The notes under the pieces are model-generated. The model did not search any database. It was given only the letters and a program-made list of their open reading frames with translations, and had not been told where the DNA came from. From contig CADBQN010000036.1 of the NCBI GenBank assembly GCA_902796855.1, forward strand, positions 4,878 through 68,877: 64,000 nt of DNA. The letters are read 5' to 3'. A program made the translations under genes and the position numbers. This DNA is from an uncultured Bacillota bacterium. Lineage in GTDB: Bacteria > Bacillota > Dehalobacteriia > UBA7702. Below, piece after piece: positions 1 through 9,394 of this stretch; the first letter of the stretch is position 1; every line of letters begins with the position of its first letter.

Positions 1-1345
1 CAACAGCATCCCCGGCGGCTATACCGATGAATACGACGGTATTGAAATCAACTCCTGCGAAAGAGACGCCACCAATGTCGACACGATGCTCAGCGCCATG
101 GAACTCTGGAGCTCCTATCTCCAGAAATCCGCGCTCTACACCGACATCGACGGCGGCGATGTCGCCACGGAAAAGGCCCACTATCTCGTCGCCGGTTCCG
201 ATACGCACGACGTCCGCTACATCAACTGGTCCGCGGCGGACTACACGAACCCCAGATACGGCTATTACAGCTCCGGGAAAGCGCGGCTCTTTGCCTACGC
301 CGAGCTTGAAAAAGGCGAAAAAGGCGGCGCCTACGGCGAATACGAAGACAACGCCATCACCTTCGGCAACGCCGCTCAGTCCGGGAACAGCTACGTTTCC
401 TTCGGGCCCATCGTCAACATCGACCCGGAAAAACTGCCCGGCGGCGATGAACCCGGCCAGGCCCATTTCTACGACGTCAACGCCGACGGCAGCTTCACCG
501 TGGATGTCAGCTACGACAGCATCAACGGCGTGAAAGATATCTATGTCCTCACGCGCTACGGCGAGGAAGACCTCAACGACGGCGCCTTTACCCAGGCGAC
601 GTACCACGGCACCTATGTGAAATACGATAAAGCGGCCACGGAAGCCACCCGGGAAACGGTGAAATACGACGAAAAGACCGGCCTCTATTCGGCGACGGTG
701 ACCGTCCCCGCGTCCTCGGGCAACAACTGGGTCTCCTTTGTGGTCGTCGATGACATCGGCTGCTACGCGATGACCAATCCCTGGTGGGTCTCGAAGTTCA
801 CGGACTGCGACCCGAACAAATGGTACGGACCGGCCATCGACTACTGCGCCGATAAAGAAATCATCAAAGGCTACGGCGACAACATCTTCAAACCGGATCA
901 ATCGGTGACCCGGGCGGAATTCGCGGTCATGATGTACAGATATCTGGGCAGCCCCGTTTCGGGCAACGAAAAGGTCGCCTTCTCCGATGTCAAGGAAAAC
1001 AGCTGGTACAGCGACGCCGTGACCTATTTCTCCGCGGAAGGCGTCATCAACGGTTATCCCGACGGCACCTTCGGCCCGAACCGGACCATTACCCGGGCGG
1101 AAATCGCGCAGATCGTCTACAAAGCTTTCGGCCTGAACAAGGGCGTGGTGAAATTTAAAGACGTTCCGTCGGGCGCCTGGTATTATGACGCCGTGACGGC
1201 CCTGGCTTCCGCCGGCGTGGTCAACGGTGTCGGCGACGGTCTCTTTGAACCCAACGCCAACGCCACCCGCGCCCAATCCGCGCAGTTCATTTTTAAGGCA
1301 GATCGGATCCTCGGCACCGACACGGAATCGGAAACGAAGTCCTGA
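1..1345 (+). CDS. Cell-surface protein with three C-terminal SLH (S-layer homology) repeats. It is 5'-partial: the reading frame is open to the window start.
   Basis: The frame is open from nt 2 with no stop before the first ATG at 86. The C-terminus has three ~60-aa repeats with SLH hallmarks (FKPDQSVTRAEFAVMMYRYLG / YPDGTFGPNRTITRAEIAQIVYKAF / FEPNANATRAQSAQFIFKA). Confidence 0.8.
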   Translation, partial: NSIPGGYTDEYDGIEINSCERDATNVDTMLSAMELWSSYLQKSALYTDIDGGDVATEKAHYLVAGSDTHDVRYINWSAADYTNPRYGYYSSGKARLFAYAELEKGEKGGAYGEYEDNAITFGNAAQSGNSYVSFGPIVNIDPEKLPGGDEPGQAHFYDVNADGSFTVDVSYDSINGVKDIYVLTRYGEEDLNDGAFTQATYHGTYVKYDKAATEATRETVKYDEKTGLYSATVTVPASSGNNWVSFVVVDDIGCYAMTNPWWVSKFTDCDPNKWYGPAIDYCADKEIIKGYGDNIFKPDQSVTRAEFAVMMYRYLGSPVSGNEKVAFSDVKENSWYSDAVTYFSAEGVINGYPDGTFGPNRTITRAEIAQIVYKAFGLNKGVVKFKDVPSGAWYYDAVTALASAGVVNGVGDGLFEPNANATRAQSAQFIFKADRILGTDTESETKS

Positions 1346-1456
1346 GCGGGATTCCCTTCTCGATCAGGCGCTGTTCCCGCCCGCTTCGGCGGGCGGGGAC
1401 CGGCGCCGCGGCGGTGAAATCCCTTTCCCCGCCGAAAGGTAAAACGGAAGAGCGAT

Positions 1457-2230
1457 ATGAAAGAGCAACTGTATACCATCGGCGAGATCAGCCGTTTGAG
1501 CGGCATCAGCATTTCGACGCTGCGCTATTATGACAAGATCGGTCTGATCCGTCCGGAAAAAGTGAATGAGAAAACGGGGTATCGGTACTATGCCGAGGGC
1601 ATCCTCGTGAAGCTGTCCGTTCTCTGTTCCATGAAGGAGCTGGGCTTTTCCCTGAAAGAGATCAAAAGGCTCCTCCCCCGGGAGAGCGTCGGCGATCTCG
1701 AGCGGATGGTCCGGGAAAAACTGGATCACCTGACGGAAAAAGCGGCGGCGATCTCCTCCTCCGTCTTCGTCCTCAATTATTTTCTCACCCTGTTCGACGA
1801 GGCGAGAACGGCCCTGTCCGGCGGTGGGGAGCGGTTTTCCGTTCATTATTATCTCCGCCGCGACGTCAGCCCGGCGGAAGGGCTCCCCGTCGTTCTCGGC
1901 GTCAACCGTGTCATTTTCTGGTGCGGCGAGATCGGCGACGAAAAAAGCCCCGATACGTACAGATATTGCCTCGGCGATATCCGCGAGCTGGCGTCTCCCG
2001 TCCCCGGCAATCAGGGGGTCTACTGCATCTCCTGCTATCATCAGGGGCCGCCGGAGGAGATCGGCGCGACGATCGACGCGGCGGTGCGCTGGGCCGAGAG
2101 CCACGCCTTCCGCGTGACGGGAAAGGTCTTCGGCCGCAAGATCCTCGACGAATCGTGCGTCGATGATCCGCGCTGCTGGCTTTCCAAAATCTATCTGCCG
2201 CTCCTTGCCGACGGCGAGGAAACGGAATAA
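1457..2230 (+). CDS. MerR-family transcriptional regulator with a C-terminal GyrI-like effector-binding domain
   Basis: N-terminal HTH 'YTIGEISRLSGISISTLRYYDKIGLIRPE...GYRYY' is the MerR signature. The protein is 257 aa. A GGAGG-like RBS lies upstream. Confidence 0.85.
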   Translation: MKEQLYTIGEISRLSGISISTLRYYDKIGLIRPEKVNEKTGYRYYAEGILVKLSVLCSMKELGFSLKEIKRLLPRESVGDLERMVREKLDHLTEKAAAISSSVFVLNYFLTLFDEARTALSGGGERFSVHYYLRRDVSPAEGLPVVLGVNRVIFWCGEIGDEKSPDTYRYCLGDIRELASPVPGNQGVYCISCYHQGPPEEIGATIDAAVRWAESHAFRVTGKVFGRKILDESCVDDPRCWLSKIYLPLLADGEETE

Positions 2231-2260
2231 AAGGAACGGCCCCGGCCTTTGAGCTTCGGC

Positions 2261-2298
2261 GACGGCGTTTTCCTCCGTGAAACCGCCGTCTTTTTTTG
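2261..2298 (+). terminator. Rho-independent terminator after the MerR gene
   Basis: GC-rich hairpin gacggcgttttcctccgtgaaaccgccgtc followed by TTTTTTT. Confidence 0.6.
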
Positions 2299-2405
2299 TC
2301 GCTCCCGATGACCGGGCCCGCGGACGCTCTCCCCCGGAGCGTTTTCCATTGGGTCAGCTCTTTCGATTTCCGTTGATGCGCGCTGTTTTCTCCGGAAAAG
2401 ACACG

Positions 2406-2445
2406 GTTGACATTGAAAAATGTGAATGATAGTATATAATACACG
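2406..2445 (+). promoter_or_regulatory. Sigma70-like promoter upstream of the 793-aa membrane protein gene
   Basis: TTGACA, a ~17-nt spacer, then TAtATAAT (ttgacattgaaaaatgtgaatgatagtatataat). Confidence 0.5.
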
Positions 2446-2492
2446 AGCGTTCTCTCAGCCCCTGCTTTTCCCGGGCGTCATTCGCGCTTTGA

Positions 2493-4874
2493 ATGATTTT
2501 TATGATGAAAAAAGAAACCATCCGCAAAGAGAAAAAATATCTGAACCAAGTACGCCTGCCTTTTGTTATTCCGTTCGTCGCCTGTGTCGATCTGTTTGTC
2601 GCCGGCGTTTTTTCCGTGCCGCTTTTTTTCGCGGAAAATTGGTTCGCTCTCGCTCTTCTCGCCGGGTTTTCCCTGCCGCCTGCTCTGGCGGCGCTCACGG
2701 TCTACGCCAACTATATCATCTTATTTGATAAGGAAAGAATCCTTTATCGGGATATAAAACGGCGGTCTCGCTTGTTCACTTATGACGATATCCGGGATGT
2801 CCGCGAAAAAGAGGGCGTCTTTTCGGAATTGTTTACCGACGAGGGCAAAATCCCCGTCGCCAATGCGGACAGAAACGGCCGCTGGCTGATGGAACTGGCG
2901 TTAAAGCAGAAAGGCGTTCCGCCGAAGGAGCGGCGGAAAGAAACGGAAATTGCTCTTGACGCGAAACTCGATATCATCGTCGGTATCATCGGCGCCCTTT
3001 TTTTCGCCGTTCTTTGTTGCTTTCTCCACGTTGATGAAACAGGGCGTACGATGTTTCATCTTTTCCTGCTGTTTGTCTTTTTCTGTTTGAGCTGCAGCGT
3101 TTACGGCTGCGTCCTGATTCATCGGGATAAGAGGGAAACGCCGGATGAATATGGGCGTTACGGGAGGTATTTGATCCACCGGAAAGGGCACGTTGTGTCC
3201 GGCTGGCATGATAAAACGTTTCGGTGCGGCTTTGTTTTTCTGCTATTGGGGTTTGTTCTCAACGGCCTGACCGTGTGGTTTTATGCTGCCGGCGCTTTCT
3301 GTATGCTGCTTCACGCTGTCCGTGAGTATCGGGTGCGCTTTTTATACCGCTGTCCCGAGCCGTACGTCCGCCGTGTCCTTGCGGATCACCGCCCATCTCC
3401 GCGGCTGGAAGCGAAGCTGCCCGAGCATTACCGGAAATATGTGGATCCTGCCATTGTGCTCGACAGTATGTATTGGGATCTGGAAGAGGAAGAGGAAGAA
3501 GAAAAACTGAAAAACTGGACCAATCCCGTGGATACTGAGTCTCCGTGGATTTTTTGGGGAAAGATTGTGATGACCGCCTCTCTGGTCCCGGCGATCGTCG
3601 CGGTCTGTATTCTTTGCAACTATATTTTGTTCGACGCCCGCCCCGGTCATACCGTTGAGTTTGACAGCACCCTTTCTCTCGCTGAAAATGAAGGTGACGA
3701 CAGGGAAGAACGGCTTTCGTTTTATATCGCGGAGGAAATTCCCGATACGGACGCAAAAATTCTTTCGATTCCCGTCTCGTCGCTGGGGGAAGATGATTTG
3801 GCCCGGATGAAAACAGACATGGAGAGGGGCGAGACGTTCCATTTAAAGCTGTCGACCATAGAAACGGGCTCTCCGCTTCTTTCCGTTGAGGACGAGGAAG
3901 GCCGCGTGCTTTTTTCGGAGGAGGACAGCAGGGAAGCCCTGATTCGGTCCATGACGCCGTGGCTGAGGCGCTTTGCCGTTATGGCGGCAATTGTTTTCCT
4001 GATCGGCGGGACCATGTCGGCGGTCGGCTTTTTTAAGGGGCCCGTGGAGGAGACAGCCGAGGAAGACACCGAGGAAGAAGATTGGGACGATGCTGAGGAT
4101 TACGCCCGTCTTTGGGAAGACGAGGGGGCGAAACGATATCGGGGGAACTTCCATTCAGGGTCTTTGTTCGATTTTTGGATCCGCGGCTGCATGGTCATCC
4201 TCTTTTTGTTTTTCGCTGTCCTGCTGGTGCTGGAAATTCCTTTCGGGAAAGAATTCGAACAGAAGAACGCCGTTAAAGTCGAGACAAGAATCGTGGAACA
4301 TTATCCCGGGGAAAGCGTTAAGGGTTTTTATCATTATATGTATGGCGAGGACTGGGTCGCTTTTAAGACCGAAAACGGCACCGTATTCTGGGTGCGCAGG
4401 TTTTACAGGTATGTCGATGATTTAGACGCCCTGAACGATGCTGTCGCCGCCGGGGAGACGTTCACTTTCCTCGTGTACGATCAGGGCAAAATCGATGAGA
4501 TGGACGCCTATTCCGTTACCGACGAAAACGGCCATTGCTATTACTCGACGGAAGACGCCGATCGGGCCTATCGCGGCGTCCAGTGGCACATCGTGCTGCA
4601 TTACGGGATTCCGATGGGGCTGATCCTTCTCGACTTCCTGCTGGCGTTTTTGATGATGCGCTACGCCGAGAAAATGCCCTCCTTTCTCGTCGCGCATTTC
4701 GCGAAATGCGGTTCCCCCGCGAAGCATCTTGCCGACGCTCTCGGGGATGACCGTGAGAAATTGAGAAAAAGAGTTCTTTTGGAAATAGAAAAGGATCGGA
4801 AAGAGGCGGAAGCAGAAATGGAGAAAGCTCGGAAAAAGAAGGAGAAGGAGAAGGAGAAGGAGAAGGAATCTTGA
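2493..4874 (+). CDS. Large hypothetical polytopic membrane protein (793 aa) with no recognisable family. It contains a poly-Glu tract and a KEKEKEKE C-terminal tail.
   Basis: Long ORF with coding-like codon usage. It has multiple hydrophobic segments (e.g. FVIPFVACVDLFVAGVFSVPLFF; IIVGIIGALFFAVLCCFL; MVILFLFFAVLLVLEIPF) interspersed with acidic soluble regions. A promoter lies directly upstream. Confidence 0.6.
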   Translation: MIFMMKKETIRKEKKYLNQVRLPFVIPFVACVDLFVAGVFSVPLFFAENWFALALLAGFSLPPALAALTVYANYIILFDKERILYRDIKRRSRLFTYDDIRDVREKEGVFSELFTDEGKIPVANADRNGRWLMELALKQKGVPPKERRKETEIALDAKLDIIVGIIGALFFAVLCCFLHVDETGRTMFHLFLLFVFFCLSCSVYGCVLIHRDKRETPDEYGRYGRYLIHRKGHVVSGWHDKTFRCGFVFLLLGFVLNGLTVWFYAAGAFCMLLHAVREYRVRFLYRCPEPYVRRVLADHRPSPRLEAKLPEHYRKYVDPAIVLDSMYWDLEEEEEEEKLKNWTNPVDTESPWIFWGKIVMTASLVPAIVAVCILCNYILFDARPGHTVEFDSTLSLAENEGDDREERLSFYIAEEIPDTDAKILSIPVSSLGEDDLARMKTDMERGETFHLKLSTIETGSPLLSVEDEEGRVLFSEEDSREALIRSMTPWLRRFAVMAAIVFLIGGTMSAVGFFKGPVEETAEEDTEEEDWDDAEDYARLWEDEGAKRYRGNFHSGSLFDFWIRGCMVILFLFFAVLLVLEIPFGKEFEQKNAVKVETRIVEHYPGESVKGFYHYMYGEDWVAFKTENGTVFWVRRFYRYVDDLDALNDAVAAGETFTFLVYDQGKIDEMDAYSVTDENGHCYYSTEDADRAYRGVQWHIVLHYGIPMGLILLDFLLAFLMMRYAEKMPSFLVAHFAKCGSPAKHLADALGDDREKLRKRVLLEIEKDRKEAEAEMEKARKKKEKEKEKEKES

Positions 4875-4913
4875 TCCTTTTGCCTTTCGTTTTGCCGTGT
4901 TTCTTAAAAAAAC

Positions 4914-4942
4914 CTTGACAAACGGGGACGGAGCGGGTATAC
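4914..4942 (+). promoter_or_regulatory. Sigma70-like promoter for the rpmG-secE-nusG operon
   Basis: TTGACA-N17-TATACT (ttgacaaacggggacggagcgggtatact). Confidence 0.55.
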
Positions 4943-5101
4943 TAATAATGCTTAGCATTGAAATCCGTGTCCGTTCGGTTTCGGTGCTTTTTAAAATGGA
5001 AAAATCTGCCGCGGCGAAAACGTCGTTGAGCAGGTGTTTTGTCCGATTGCTGCCGGTTGGGCGCTTTTGCCCCCGGAGCGGATTTTCAGGAGGTGCGGAT
5101 C

Positions 5102-5251
5102 ATGCGCGTAAAAATCACTTTGGCTTGCACGGAATGCAAAAACAGAAACTACAGCAGCGATAAAAACAAAAAGAACGATCCCGATCGTTTGGAAGTGAAC
5201 AAATACTGCCCCAAATGCAGAAAACACACGCTTCATAAAGAAACAAAATAA
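5102..5251 (+). CDS. rpmG: 50S ribosomal protein L33
   Basis: [49 protein letters not shown]. This is a 49-aa zinc-ribbon L33 placed immediately upstream of secE-nusG, the conserved arrangement. The ORF-track start at 5039 is an upstream in-frame extension. Confidence 0.95.
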   Translation: MRVKITLACTECKNRNYSSDKNKKNDPDRLEVNKYCPKCRKHTLHKETK

Positions 5252-5390
5252 GTTTTTCCGCGTTTGGCGCGAGGCTTTCGGCGACCTTTGAGCCCGCTTT
5301 CGGCCGGTCTTGGCCGCGCCGCTCTTTCAGATTGCCCGCAAAGCCGCTGTTTCTCTTTGTTTTCTGAATTATAAGGAAGAAGAGCCATTC

Positions 5391-5660
5391 ATGTTAGCGA
5401 AATCAAAAAACGATGCCAAAGCCCAGGCTTTGGCCAAGTCGCAGAAGAACAAAAAAAATAATGTGAAATTCGGCACCCGGATGAAGACTTTCTTTCGCGC
5501 CGTCTGGGCGGAACTGAAAAACGTTCACTGGCCCACGAGAAAGCAGGTTCTGGTCTATACCGGTGTCGTTTTGGTGACGATCCTCATCGTCATGGTCATC
5601 CTGTGGGTCTTCGACACGATCCTGAGCGTCGGCATTGAGGGTCTGTTAGGCTTGTTTTGA
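5391..5660 (+). CDS. secE: Preprotein translocase subunit SecE
   Basis: Basic N-terminus followed by a single C-terminal TM helix (WPTRKQVLVYTGVVLVTILIVMVILWVFD), located between rpmG and nusG. The start at 5391 is chosen for the AAGGAAGAAGAG RBS. Confidence 0.85.
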   Translation: MLAKSKNDAKAQALAKSQKNKKNNVKFGTRMKTFFRAVWAELKNVHWPTRKQVLVYTGVVLVTILIVMVILWVFDTILSVGIEGLLGLF

Positions 5661-5691
5661 CTGAGTTCATGACGGGAAGGTTTGGTATTTT

Positions 5692-6216
5692 ATGGAAAAA
5701 CAGTGGTTTGCGATTCATACTTATGCCGGTTATGAAAATAAAGTCAAAGACAACCTGGAAAAACGGGCCGAGTCCATGCATATGGAAGACTACATCACCC
5801 GCGTTCTCGTGCCGATGGAAGACGAGGTACAGATCAAGGACGGCCGAAAAAAAGTCGTCCAGCGAAAGGTCTTTCCCGGTTACGTCCTCGTGGAAATGGT
5901 GATGACCGACCACTCCTGGTACGTCGTGCGGAACACGTCCGGCGTCACCGGTTTTGTCGGTGCGGGGAATAAACCGGTTCCCCTCCAGGAACACGAAATC
6001 AACGCGATCCTCTCGCAGATGGGCGTTGTTGAAAATAAATATAAAGTCCGCTACAGCATCGGCGAAAACGTCCGGGTCAAGGAAGGCCCCTTTGAGAACT
6101 TCATCGGCATCGTCGACGAGATCTACGCCGATAAAGGGAAAATGCGGGTCTCCGTTTCGATGTTCGGCCGGGAGACCCCGGTGGAACTGGAATTCGCTCA
6201 GGTGGAAAAAGTCTGA
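5692..6216 (+). CDS. nusG: Transcription termination/antitermination factor NusG
   Basis: MEKQWFAIHTYAGYENKVKDNLEKRAE...KVFPGYVLVEM... KOW motif at the C-terminus. Synteny with secE and rplK supports the call. Confidence 0.95.
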   Translation: MEKQWFAIHTYAGYENKVKDNLEKRAESMHMEDYITRVLVPMEDEVQIKDGRKKVVQRKVFPGYVLVEMVMTDHSWYVVRNTSGVTGFVGAGNKPVPLQEHEINAILSQMGVVENKYKVRYSIGENVRVKEGPFENFIGIVDEIYADKGKMRVSVSMFGRETPVELEFAQVEKV

Positions 6217-6221
6217 GCCCG

Positions 6222-6253
6222 GGCCGTGTCCGCCGCGGACACGCTGTATTTTG
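6222..6253 (+). terminator. Hairpin followed by a U-tract after nusG (partial terminator/attenuator preceding the rplKA leader)
   Basis: ccgtgtccgccgcggacacg followed by ctgtatttt. Confidence 0.5.
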
Positions 6254-6348
6254 CTCCACATCACGGATGGTTCCGTGTTGATGGTGGGAGGGGTGGAATT
6301 TTTGAACGCCCCGTTTATACCACATAGATTTAGAGGAGGTGTATTTGG

Positions 6349-6774
6349 ATGGCCAAAAAAGTTATGGCGGTCGTAAAATTACAAATTCCCGCCGGTAAGG
6401 CCAATCCGGCTCCCCCTGTTGGTCCCGCGTTAGGGCAGCATGGGGTAAACATTATGGGATTCTGCAAAGAATTCAACGAAAAAACCCAGGACAAAGGCGG
6501 TCTCATCATTCCCGCCGAAATCACGATCTATGAAGACCGCTCGTTCACGTTCATTCTGAAAACGCCGCCCGCCGCCGTGCTGCTGAAAAAGACCGCCGGC
6601 ATCGAAACGGCTTCCGGTGAACCGAACCGCAACAAAGTTGCCCGCGTCACCAAAGATCAGGTTCGCGAAATCGCCGAAACGAAAATGCCCGACCTGAACG
6701 CCGCCGACATCGAAGGCGCCATGCGTATCATCGAAGGTACCGCCCGCAGTATGGGGATTGAAGTCGAAGAATAA
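6349..6774 (+). CDS. rplK: 50S ribosomal protein L11
   Basis: [43 protein letters not shown] is the canonical L11 N-terminus. A GAGGAGG RBS precedes it. Confidence 0.97.
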   Translation: MAKKVMAVVKLQIPAGKANPAPPVGPALGQHGVNIMGFCKEFNEKTQDKGGLIIPAEITIYEDRSFTFILKTPPAAVLLKKTAGIETASGEPNRNKVARVTKDQVREIAETKMPDLNAADIEGAMRIIEGTARSMGIEVEE

Positions 6775-6909
6775 ACGGACGGAAGGAAAAGTCCGCCGCG
6801 TGATACGGCAGAGGACTTTTCGGCGCGTCCGAAGTTATCTATTGTATGGAATACTTGCGTGGGAGGATGGGATCAGCTCTCATCCGGTGACCACATAGGA
6901 GGTAATGAA
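6775..6909 (+). promoter_or_regulatory. Candidate L1-binding autoregulatory leader between rplK and rplA
   Basis: A 135-nt structured spacer (gggaggatgggatcagctctcatccggtgacc) lies immediately 5' of rplA. L1 leaders occupy this position in other bacteria. The call is by position and structure only. Confidence 0.3.
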
Positions 6910-7611
6910 ATGGCCAAACACGGCAAAAAATACATGGATGCTTTAAAAACGTTCGACAGACAGAATCTGTATGAACCGGCCGAAGCGTTCAGTCTTTTGA
7001 AAAAAATCGGCGTTGCGAAGTTCGACGAAACCGTGGAACTCCACATCCGCCTGAATCTGGACCCCCGCCAGGCTGACCAGCAGGTCAGAGGCGCCATGGT
7101 TCTCCCCAACGGCACCGGCCGCAGCCAGAAGGTGCTCGTTTTCGCCAAGGGCGACAAGGCCAAAGAAGCCGAAGCCGCCGGCGCGGATTACGTCGGCGCC
7201 GAAGATATGGTGGAAAAAATCACCAAGGAAAACTGGTTCGATTTTGACGTCGTCGTCGCCTCTCCCGATATGATGGGCGTCGTCGGGAAACTCGGCCGCA
7301 TCCTGGGGCCCCGCGGCCTGATGCCGAACCCCAAGACCGGCACCGTCACCCAGGATATCGAAAAAGCCGTCAACGAAGTAAAAGCCGGGAAAGTGGAATA
7401 TCGCCTGGACAAAGCCGCGAACATCCATGTTCCCATCGGCAAAATCTCCTTTGACGAGGAAAAGCTCGTCGAAAACTACATGGCCCTCGTGGAACGGCTG
7501 ATCAAAGTCAAACCCGCCGCCGCCAAAGGGCAGTATATGAGAGGCATCGCCATCGCCACCACGATGGGCCCCGGGATCCGCATCAATCCCCAGAAGCCTC
7601 TGGGCAAATAA
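6910..7611 (+). CDS. rplA: 50S ribosomal protein L1
   Basis: [32 protein letters not shown]...; AGGAGGT RBS; 233 aa. Confidence 0.95.
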   Translation: MAKHGKKYMDALKTFDRQNLYEPAEAFSLLKKIGVAKFDETVELHIRLNLDPRQADQQVRGAMVLPNGTGRSQKVLVFAKGDKAKEAEAAGADYVGAEDMVEKITKENWFDFDVVVASPDMMGVVGKLGRILGPRGLMPNPKTGTVTQDIEKAVNEVKAGKVEYRLDKAANIHVPIGKISFDEEKLVENYMALVERLIKVKPAAAKGQYMRGIAIATTMGPGIRINPQKPLGK

Positions 7612-7616
7612 AAAAC

Positions 7617-7645
7617 TTGACATAGGGGCGTCCCTATGGTATGCT
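7617..7645 (+). promoter_or_regulatory. Sigma70-like promoter of the rplJL operon
   Basis: TTGACA-N17-TATGCT (ttgacataggggcgtccctatggtatgct). Confidence 0.5.
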
Positions 7646-7833
7646 TGTAAAGCTGAATATTGATTTTCGCCGCAGACAGCAGGTGCGTCAGGGTACGCGT
7701 AACGGAGCGATCCGCCTGCCGAGGCTGAAGAGATCGGTTTAGAATTGGCTTTCTGTCTGATCCTCCGCTTCGTTGTCCGCGGAGGATCAGATTTTTATGT
7801 TTGACTTTTTTTGAAGGAGGTGAAATCGAAAGA
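7646..7833 (+). promoter_or_regulatory. rplJ (L10) leader with an intrinsic-terminator-like attenuator hairpin
   Basis: A ~190-nt 5' leader. A perfect 12-bp stem ctgatcctccgc...gcggaggatcag followed by TTTTTAT sits at 7755-7797, just upstream of the rplJ RBS. This matches L10(L12)4-mediated attenuation as described in Bacillus. Confidence 0.5.
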
Positions 7834-8361
7834 ATGGATAAAAAACCTCAGAGAATCGCGAAGGAAAACATCGTCAGCCGCATTGCCGGGGATATCAAGG
7901 AAAACTCCGTCATGCTGCTGATCGACTACAAAGGCATCACCGTCAACGATGATACCGCTTTCCGCCGCAGCTTGAGAGAAGGCGGCATGACCTACTATGT
8001 GGCCAAGAACACCTTCATCAAATTGGCGGCGCATCAGGAAGAGATCAACGATCTCGACAGCTATCTGGAAGGCACCACCGCCGTGGTCTTCGGCAACGAT
8101 CCCGTCGCCCTGGCGAAAGCCGTCAGCGACTTTGCCAAAGATCATCCGGCCATCAAAGTAAAGGCCGGTTATATGGACGGCGCCGTCCTCCCCGCCGAAA
8201 AGCTCGACGCTCTGGCGAAACTTCCCTCCAAGGAAGTCCTCCTGGCTCAGGTCGTCGGCGGTATGCAGGCTCCCCTCACCGGCTTTGCCGTGGCGCTCCA
8301 GGGCTTGCTGCGTAACCTCGTTTACGTCCTCGATCAGGTCAAAGAACAAAAATCCGCGTAA
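7834..8361 (+). CDS. rplJ: 50S ribosomal protein L10
   Basis: [60 protein letters not shown]; GAAGGAGG RBS. Confidence 0.95.
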   Translation: MDKKPQRIAKENIVSRIAGDIKENSVMLLIDYKGITVNDDTAFRRSLREGGMTYYVAKNTFIKLAAHQEEINDLDSYLEGTTAVVFGNDPVALAKAVSDFAKDHPAIKVKAGYMDGAVLPAEKLDALAKLPSKEVLLAQVVGGMQAPLTGFAVALQGLLRNLVYVLDQVKEQKSA

Positions 8362-8438
8362 AACCCGCGCGGCGTAAAAAAAGAGCGGGCCTCCCGCTCA
8401 CTCAAAAAAGAATTATTTTTAAAGGAGAAAAAAATATC

Positions 8439-8813
8439 ATGACTGTACAGGAAATTTTAGAAGGCGTAAAAGGCCTCACCGTTTTGGAATTAGCTGAACT
8501 CGTTAAAGCGTTCGAAGAAGAATTCGGCGTCTCCGCCGCCGCTCCCGTCGCCGTTGCCGCTGCCGCTCCCGCCGCCGACGCCGGCGCCGCCGCCAGCGAC
8601 CAGACCGAATTTGACGTGATCCTCGAAGCCTGCGGCGACGAAAAGATCAAAGTCGTTAAAGAAGTCAAAAACATCACCGGTCTCGGCCTCAAAGAAGCCA
8701 AAGCCCTCGTTGACGGCGCTCCCAAGCCCATCAAAGAAAAAATCTCCAAAGACGAAGCCGACGAAATCAAAGGCAAACTGGAAGAAGTTGGCGCTACCGT
8801 CACCGTCAAATAA
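8439..8813 (+). CDS. rplL: 50S ribosomal protein L7/L12
   Basis: [32 protein letters not shown] + Ala-rich hinge + C-terminal domain ...[54 protein letters not shown]. Confidence 0.97.
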   Translation: MTVQEILEGVKGLTVLELAELVKAFEEEFGVSAAAPVAVAAAAPAADAGAAASDQTEFDVILEACGDEKIKVVKEVKNITGLGLKEAKALVDGAPKPIKEKISKDEADEIKGKLEEVGATVTVK

Positions 8814-9146
8814 GTTCCTCAGAGTGCCGAGAGAGGCTGATACACGGCGAAATCGCCCGTCTCCGACGATTCGCATACCGCTTTGTATAGCGAATCGCCG
8901 AATCCGGGCGAGTTTCACCGCGTCAAGGGAAGTGCTGGGCCATTCATCCCGATGGCTGAGTGAGGGCATTTCCTGCCGGGTCAGAGCAAATTTCCGCAGG
9001 CAACCAGGACGGTTTCCAAGGGGATTTGATTTGAGCCGACGGGAAATGAACCGCTCAGACGCCGGAATGAAGGGTTCAGCGCTTTCCGCGGCCTTTCTCG
9101 CCCCTCCGATACGTTCTGCGTTCAGAGGGATTTTGTCAAAAAAATC

Positions 9147-9180
9147 ACGCCGTGTCGAAAGACGCGGCGTTTTTGCTTTG
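9147..9180 (+). terminator. Rho-independent terminator ending the rplJL transcript (after a ~330-nt untranslated tail)
   Basis: acgccgtgtcgaaagacgcggcgt followed by ttttgctttg. Confidence 0.55.
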
Positions 9181-9315
9181 TCCTGTCGTTTTGCCGTTCC
9201 CGTCCGGGCGCGGGCCCCATGGAGGGGTCACCTCCGGAACGGGTCTTTTTTTCTGTTTTTTTGCCGCGGCGCTTTCCCGAAGCCTTTGCCGGCGGCAAAT
9301 TTTTCGCCGCGGCCC

Positions 9316-9343
9316 TTGACTTTTCCTCGGGAAGGCGTATAAT
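9316..9343 (+). promoter_or_regulatory. Sigma70-like promoter of the ABC transporter operon
   Basis: TTGACT-N16-TATAAT (ttgacttttcctcgggaaggcgtataat). Confidence 0.55.
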
Positions 9344-9394
9344 GAACATAGTAAGTTAAACAAAACTAACTAAATTGTTCTGAGGATGGTGCTT

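Noticed and set aside
5039-5101. The N-terminal extension ([21 protein letters not shown]) on L33 suggested by the ORF track.
   Set aside because: L33 is ~49 aa and begins MRVK. The AGGAGG-like RBS sits immediately before the internal ATG at 5102. The extension overlaps the promoter and 5' UTR.
8710-9342. A 210-aa ORF downstream of rplL.
   Set aside because: Its translation is Arg/Ser/Pro-rich nonsense with no RBS. It reads through hairpins and the terminator. The region is better explained as a non-coding structured tail.
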